Part shown: piece by piece, positions 60,002-64,000 of the stretch | Layout: each line of letters starts with the position of its first letter | Position numbering within the stretch: the stretch's first letter is position 1 | Assembly (NCBI GenBank): GCA_965205205.1 | Contig: CBDBFX010000002.1 | Location: 1,309,506-1,373,505 of the forward strand | Length of the DNA: 64,000 bases | Source: Arenicellales bacterium | GTDB lineage: Bacteria; Pseudomonadota; Gammaproteobacteria; Arenicellales; JAJDZL01 | Direction: 5' to 3' | Position numbers and translations under genes: made by a program | The notes under the pieces: generated by a model | Told to the model about the DNA's origin: nothing | Seen by the model: only the letters and a program-made list of their open reading frames with translations | The model's database searches: none

Positions 60002-60241
60002 TTAATTTGCACCCCGCATCAGCCATTTGCGCTGGTCTGACAGATTCAGACCGGAACTGACAAGGTCCGTCCGACGCATCAACTCCCTTCCGTCCTCCAA
60101 TCGCCGCATCTGACCGACCGTTTTCTCAATCCCGGCGCCGAGGTCGCGCCGACCCACGAAATAGATTGCCTCTTCCCTGTCGGAGCACTCTGAAAACTCC
60201 GTCAGACCCCTTTCCTTTTCCTCATTCCACATGGCTTCCAT
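60002..60241 (-). CDS. small conserved ORF, 79 aa (FVGR motif; possible truncated NTPase N-terminus)
   Basis: Paralog of 63675-63905. The two differ by substitutions and a 3-codon size difference that leaves both frames open. YFVGRRDL resembles the N-terminal FVGR motif of AAA_16/STAND-type ATPases. Confidence 0.4.
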   Translation of the reverse strand: MEAMWNEEKERGLTEFSECSDREEAIYFVGRRDLGAGIEKTVGQMRRLEDGRELMRRTDLVSSGLNLSDQRKWLMRGAN

Positions 60242-60337
60242 GATGCATCAGATCAACTGTATTCACCGGCGCAAAGCGACCGTCAAAACCTGACTGCGGT
60301 TCTGGTTTTCTCAGGCCTGCTGGCGGCCCCGACCGCG

Positions 60338-61699
60338 GTGTTCGCCGAAGCGTCCTGGTACGGCTCGCTGCGCGGCGGCGTCATGCTGGACAAAGGCCAG
60401 GACGCCAGGTTCTACGACGGCTACTCGCGCTGGGGCATCAAGGGCTCGAACGAGATCTCGGAAGGCCTGTCCGCAGTCTACCGCTTCGAACATAAGTTCA
60501 GCACCGAGGATGCCGGCCAAGCCGGCGGCCGGCTGGCCTACGTGGGCCTGTCCGGCGGCTTCGGCTCGCTGACGCTGGGGCAGATCTGGAGCGCCAGTTA
60601 CAACCACGCCGGCGTCATCCGCGACATCGGCAATTATTACAGTGGTCCGGACACCAGTCTCCGAATTGGCAACGCGCTGTCCTACGCCTATTCGAACGAC
60701 GCCTTCAGCGTGCAGTTCGACGCCATCATGGACGGCGGGAAGGATACCGGCAAGCCCATCGATCAGTGGGAACTCGGGGCGACCGTCAACATCGGCGACA
60801 TCGGCAGGGTCGCCTTCGCCCATGTGAAAAAGGATGATGCCAAGACGGGCAAAAAAATCGTGAAAGTGACAAGGTGGTACGACACTGGCCTAAAGCAATA
60901 TCTATACAGTCCGAAACAATGGACGAAAGATTCAGCAAAATTCAAAAAGGATCCAAAAGGTGCTGAGTATGACGAATTTAAATTGGGAAAGGAGATGACG
61001 GTCTATGTTCAGCCAGTGACCGTTTATGTCAAAAAAACCGACAACACAGATTATTATGACGCGGATAATAACCAACTGAAAAATAAGGCGGCGGATGACG
61101 TTTTCGGTCACCCTTCTATAAACCATCTCGGTGATGCTGAACATAACGATATAAACGCGGTGGGCGTGCCTTTTATGTATAAAAATGCGAAGTGTCCCAC
61201 ACCAATAAAAACTGAGGGCGAGGATGCCACTTGTGCAAAAACCACCGCCTATTATGGTCGTGAGTTACATAAAGGTGATGGTGTTGCTGGAATAACGAGC
61301 CTCCATACATTCTATTTCGCTCCCGGGCATGTAGAGGATGAGATGGACTATGGTGAGAAGTCGAATCACGTGTCGGCTTCGTTTGACCTAGGGGCGGTGA
61401 CCCTGGGTCTGGGTCATTCGACGATGGAGTCCATGGATCCGACCAAGACGAAGAAGGCGAAGACGAACTACATCGGCGTCTCTGGTGGCATTGGCGACAC
61501 CGGGCTGGACTGGCGCGCCTGGTATCGGACCAAGGAGGCATATAATGCCGATGAAATGATGGAGAAGTCGAAGCCCTGGGGCATCGGTCTGGGCAAGGAT
61601 CTGGGTGGTGGCGCATCGGCCTATGTCGAGCATTGGAACGATGGCGCGAAAGGCGCAAAGAAATCCGGCACGGTGGTCGGCCTGCGCGTCGATTTCTAG
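60338..61699 (+). CDS. outer-membrane porin, copy 1 (mature part; see finding on the upstream leader from ATG 60243)
   Basis: The sequence starts at the predicted signal cleavage site (AVFA/EASWYGSLRGG) and ends VVGLRVDF with a terminal Phe. Alternating beta-strand pattern. It has a large lysine-rich insert. Confidence 0.8.
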   Translation: MFAEASWYGSLRGGVMLDKGQDARFYDGYSRWGIKGSNEISEGLSAVYRFEHKFSTEDAGQAGGRLAYVGLSGGFGSLTLGQIWSASYNHAGVIRDIGNYYSGPDTSLRIGNALSYAYSNDAFSVQFDAIMDGGKDTGKPIDQWELGATVNIGDIGRVAFAHVKKDDAKTGKKIVKVTRWYDTGLKQYLYSPKQWTKDSAKFKKDPKGAEYDEFKLGKEMTVYVQPVTVYVKKTDNTDYYDADNNQLKNKAADDVFGHPSINHLGDAEHNDINAVGVPFMYKNAKCPTPIKTEGEDATCAKTTAYYGRELHKGDGVAGITSLHTFYFAPGHVEDEMDYGEKSNHVSASFDLGAVTLGLGHSTMESMDPTKTKKAKTNYIGVSGGIGDTGLDWRAWYRTKEAYNADEMMEKSKPWGIGLGKDLGGGASAYVEHWNDGAKGAKKSGTVVGLRVDF

Positions 61700-61727
61700 A
61701 GGCTGGCTTTCACGTCGGTGAGAATGG

Positions 61728-61757
61728 AACGGGGTGCGAAAACACCCCGTTTCGTTT
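61728..61757 (+). terminator. rho-independent terminator of porin 1
   Basis: AACGGGGTG-CGAAAA-CACCCCGTT 9-bp stem followed by TCGTTT. Confidence 0.7.
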
Positions 61758-62100
61758 CCGCCCCGGGTGAAAATGAATCCGCCTCAGATCCTCACGTTTA
61801 CCGTGTGCCGCGTATGGACTTTCCTGACAGACAGGATCTCAGCCCACCATTCGCATGAGGTTCCCGCAGATCGCTTCTACACCCGGTCCCGTCATCGCAG
61901 AACGCTCGTTTCGTCGCACCATGGATGTGAAGGTCACCTGAGGCTTCGATTGTAGCCCCAACCCTGAAACATGACCGTCGGCTCAATCAAACTCGGGCCG
62001 GTTCGAGGACGCCGCAAAGTGAATTTCTGCCAACATCGCCGAACAGGTGCCGGACGGTGAATCTCAGATGCCTGTCTTTCCTCAGCGTCTCAGGCGGAAC

Positions 62101-62132
62101 TCAAAACAAACGGGGTGCTTTCGCACCCCGTT
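62101..62132 (-). terminator. rho-independent terminator of porin 2
   Basis: On the minus strand: AACGGGGTG-CGAAAG-CACCCCGTT followed by TGTTTTG. Confidence 0.7.
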
Positions 62133-62162
62133 CCATTCTCACCGATGTGAAAGAGCCGGTCG

Positions 62163-63578
62163 CTAGAAATTCACGCCCAGGCCGACCACCGTGCTGCTGG
62201 ATTTATCCTTACCCTTTTTGCCATCGTTCCCATGCTCGACATAGGCCCAGGCGCCACCGCCCAGGGTCTTTTTCAGGCCGATGGTCCAGGGCTTCGTCTT
62301 CATGCCTTTGAAATCCTCCTTGTTCCGATACCAAGCGTTCCAGCTCAGTCCGGTATCGCCAATCCCACCCGAAGCACCGATGTAGTTCGTCTTCGCCTTC
62401 ATCGTGTTCGTCGGATCCATGGATTTCGTCGTCGAATGGCCCAGACCCAGGGTCACCGCCCCGAGCTCAAACGACGCCGACACGTGGTTTGACTTCTCAC
62501 CATATACTGTTTCGCGGACTGTTTCCATCTCATCCTCTACATGCCCCGGGGCGAACCAAAAAATGCCCGTTTCCACTGCATTATGTTGCAACTGGGCCTG
62601 ATACATGGTAGTCTTTGCACATTTAGTCTCGTCTCTTGGTGGGGTGATGGGATCACACGCAACACCATGCCGAAAAGTCAAGCCAGGATCAACTAGGACA
62701 CTCTTACTAGGAGCATTATCAATAGTACCCTTGATTACGGTAGGAGGAGTCGGATGACCATGAACTTTACCCGCCACCGTATCTTTCAGTTGTTTTTTCA
62801 CCGCGTCATAATCGTCGTTTGGCAACTTGACATAAACGGTTGCAGGGTGAACAAAGACCGTCTCATCCGTTCCCTTGTCAAATTCTTCCTTCAACTGGCC
62901 GCTAGTACTCCCAGTTCTTTTGATGGCCCAGGAATCGGCATTGGTTGGACCTTTGTCTACCGCGCCGTCCGACCATTTTTTCGGACTGTACAGCCATTGG
63001 GTGCCGTTATGCCACTTGGTCACTCGCACGAATTTTTTGCCCGTCATCTTGAACTCTCCCGGGACATCTTCCTTCTTCACATGGGCGAAGGCGACCTTGC
63101 CGATGTCGCCGATGTTCACCGTCGCGCCGAGTTCCCACTGATCGACGGCCTTGCCGGTGTCTTTCCCACCGGCCATGATGGCGTCGAACTGCACGCTGAA
63201 AGCGTCACCCGTATAGGCATAGGACAGCGCGCTGCTGACCCGGCCACTGGATTCGTGGGCGCTGTGCCAGTTGCTGATGTCGCGGATGACGCCGGTGTGG
63301 TTGTAGCTGGCGCTCCAGACCTGTCCCAGCGTCAGCGCGCCGAAACCGCCGGACAGGCCCACGTAAGCCAGCCGACCTTTGGTCCCGCCGCTGTCCAGAC
63401 CGGCGTCCTCGGTGCTGAAGGCGTGCTCGAAGTTGTAGACCGCGGTCAGGCCTTCCGAAATCTCGTTCGAGCCCTTGATGCCCCAGCGCGAGGCGCCGTC
63501 GTAGTATTTGGCGTCCTGGCCTTTTTTCAGCTCCACCCCGCCGCGCAGCGAGCCGTACCAGGACGCTTCCGCGAACAC
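62163..63578 (-). CDS. outer-membrane porin, copy 2 (mature part; leader ATG at 63673)
   Basis: 471 aa. The N- and C-terminal barrel parts are nearly collinear with copy 1, and it ends VVGLGVNF. The central ~170 aa are strongly diverged. Confidence 0.8.
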   Translation of the reverse strand: MFAEASWYGSLRGGVELKKGQDAKYYDGASRWGIKGSNEISEGLTAVYNFEHAFSTEDAGLDSGGTKGRLAYVGLSGGFGALTLGQVWSASYNHTGVIRDISNWHSAHESSGRVSSALSYAYTGDAFSVQFDAIMAGGKDTGKAVDQWELGATVNIGDIGKVAFAHVKKEDVPGEFKMTGKKFVRVTKWHNGTQWLYSPKKWSDGAVDKGPTNADSWAIKRTGSTSGQLKEEFDKGTDETVFVHPATVYVKLPNDDYDAVKKQLKDTVAGKVHGHPTPPTVIKGTIDNAPSKSVLVDPGLTFRHGVACDPITPPRDETKCAKTTMYQAQLQHNAVETGIFWFAPGHVEDEMETVRETVYGEKSNHVSASFELGAVTLGLGHSTTKSMDPTNTMKAKTNYIGASGGIGDTGLSWNAWYRNKEDFKGMKTKPWTIGLKKTLGGGAWAYVEHGNDGKKGKDKSSSTVVGLGVNF

Positions 63579-63674
63579 CGCGGCCGGCGCCGCCAGCAGG
63601 CCTGAGAAAACCAGAACCGCAGTCAGGTTTTGACGGTCGCTTTACACCGGTGAATACAGTTGACCTGATGCATC

Positions 63675-63905
63675 ATGGAAGCCATACAGGATGAGGAAAA
63701 GCAAAGGGGTCTGACGGAGTTTTCAGAACGGTCCGACAGGGAAGAGGCACTCTATTTCGTGGGTCGGCTAGACCTCATCGCTAGGATTGAGAAAACGGTT
63801 GGCCAGATGTGGCGGCTGGCGGCCGGAAAGGAGGCGGCGGACCTTGCCAGTTCCGGTCTGAATCTGTCAGACCAGCGCAAATGGCTGGTGTGGGATGCAA
63901 TTTAA
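63675..63905 (+). CDS. small conserved ORF, 76 aa, paralog of 60002-60241
   Basis: MEAIQDEEKQRGLTEFSERSDREEALYFVGRLDL aligns with the 79-aa copy. It has the same position and orientation relative to its porin. Confidence 0.4.
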   Translation: MEAIQDEEKQRGLTEFSERSDREEALYFVGRLDLIARIEKTVGQMWRLAAGKEAADLASSGLNLSDQRKWLVWDAI

Positions 63906-64000
63906 ATGTTAACATTTATTCGCCGAACACATGATTCGGACAAAATACACTACACAAAATTGGGCCGTCATCTTCTGAAACTCGATAAATTTAGGCTCTT

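Larger units (their letters stand above)
59909..61757. repeat. left arm of the ~4-kb inverted duplication
   Basis: From taaatttatcgagtttcagaagatgacggcccaattttgtg inward, this arm is the diverged reverse complement of 62101-63993. The similarity covers the small ORF, the porin and the terminator hairpin. Confidence 0.85.
62101..63993. repeat. right arm of the ~4-kb inverted duplication
   Basis: Diverged reverse complement of 59909-61757. Similarity ends 7 nt before the window edge (aagagcc versus tagaagt). Confidence 0.85.

Overview
All calls come from reading the ORF translations and the raw sequence. No database search was run.

The window looks like a 64-kb chromosomal segment of a Gammaproteobacteria-like genome. 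The taxon is an inference from gene order: rpoZ-spoT-ridA-recG, trxA-rho, and rpmE/priA/argS.

**Housekeeping backbone**
- aroE, ubiA, recG, ridA, spoT and rpoZ
- bioF-bioD-bioA, with a separate bioB
- trxA, rho, rpmE, argS, priA and coaX

**Accessory patches that interrupt the backbone**
1. A tandem pair of enolase-superfamily genes, with a possible gene remnant and a repeat element (16.6-20.0 kb).
2. A class III PHA cluster: rubredoxin, phaR and phaB on the minus strand, and phaE and phaC on the plus strand. It is split by a GC-rich gene for a fused P-loop ATPase / PD-(D/E)XK nuclease protein and a DsrE-like gene (27.8-34.4 kb).
3. A gene-poor island (41.6-45.8 kb). It holds a second, inverted ATPase/nuclease paralog, a frameshifted third copy, and three copies of a ~260-340 bp repeat with terminal inverted repeats. 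A fourth repeat copy lies at 19.6 kb.
4. An ectoine-utilisation-like catabolic island (48.7-59.7 kb). It has a GntR regulator, a PotABCD-type ABC importer and eutA-(PhyH dioxygenase)-eutB-eutC-eutD-eutE.
5. A ~4-kb near-palindromic duplication (59.9-64.0 kb). It carries two convergent, diverged porin genes, each paired with a divergent 76-79-codon ORF.

**Most notable observations**
- Both porin genes reach a proper signal peptide only through a -1 frame change at a conserved GTCAAAACC site.
- Both porins contain an AT-rich, hypervariable inserted domain of ~160-170 aa.
- The ATPase/nuclease paralogs are mosaic.
- The repeat family carries a mini-ORF whose variation is dominated by synonymous and conservative changes.
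- A ferritin-like diiron gene is translationally coupled to bioB.

No rRNA gene, tRNA gene or CRISPR array was recognised.
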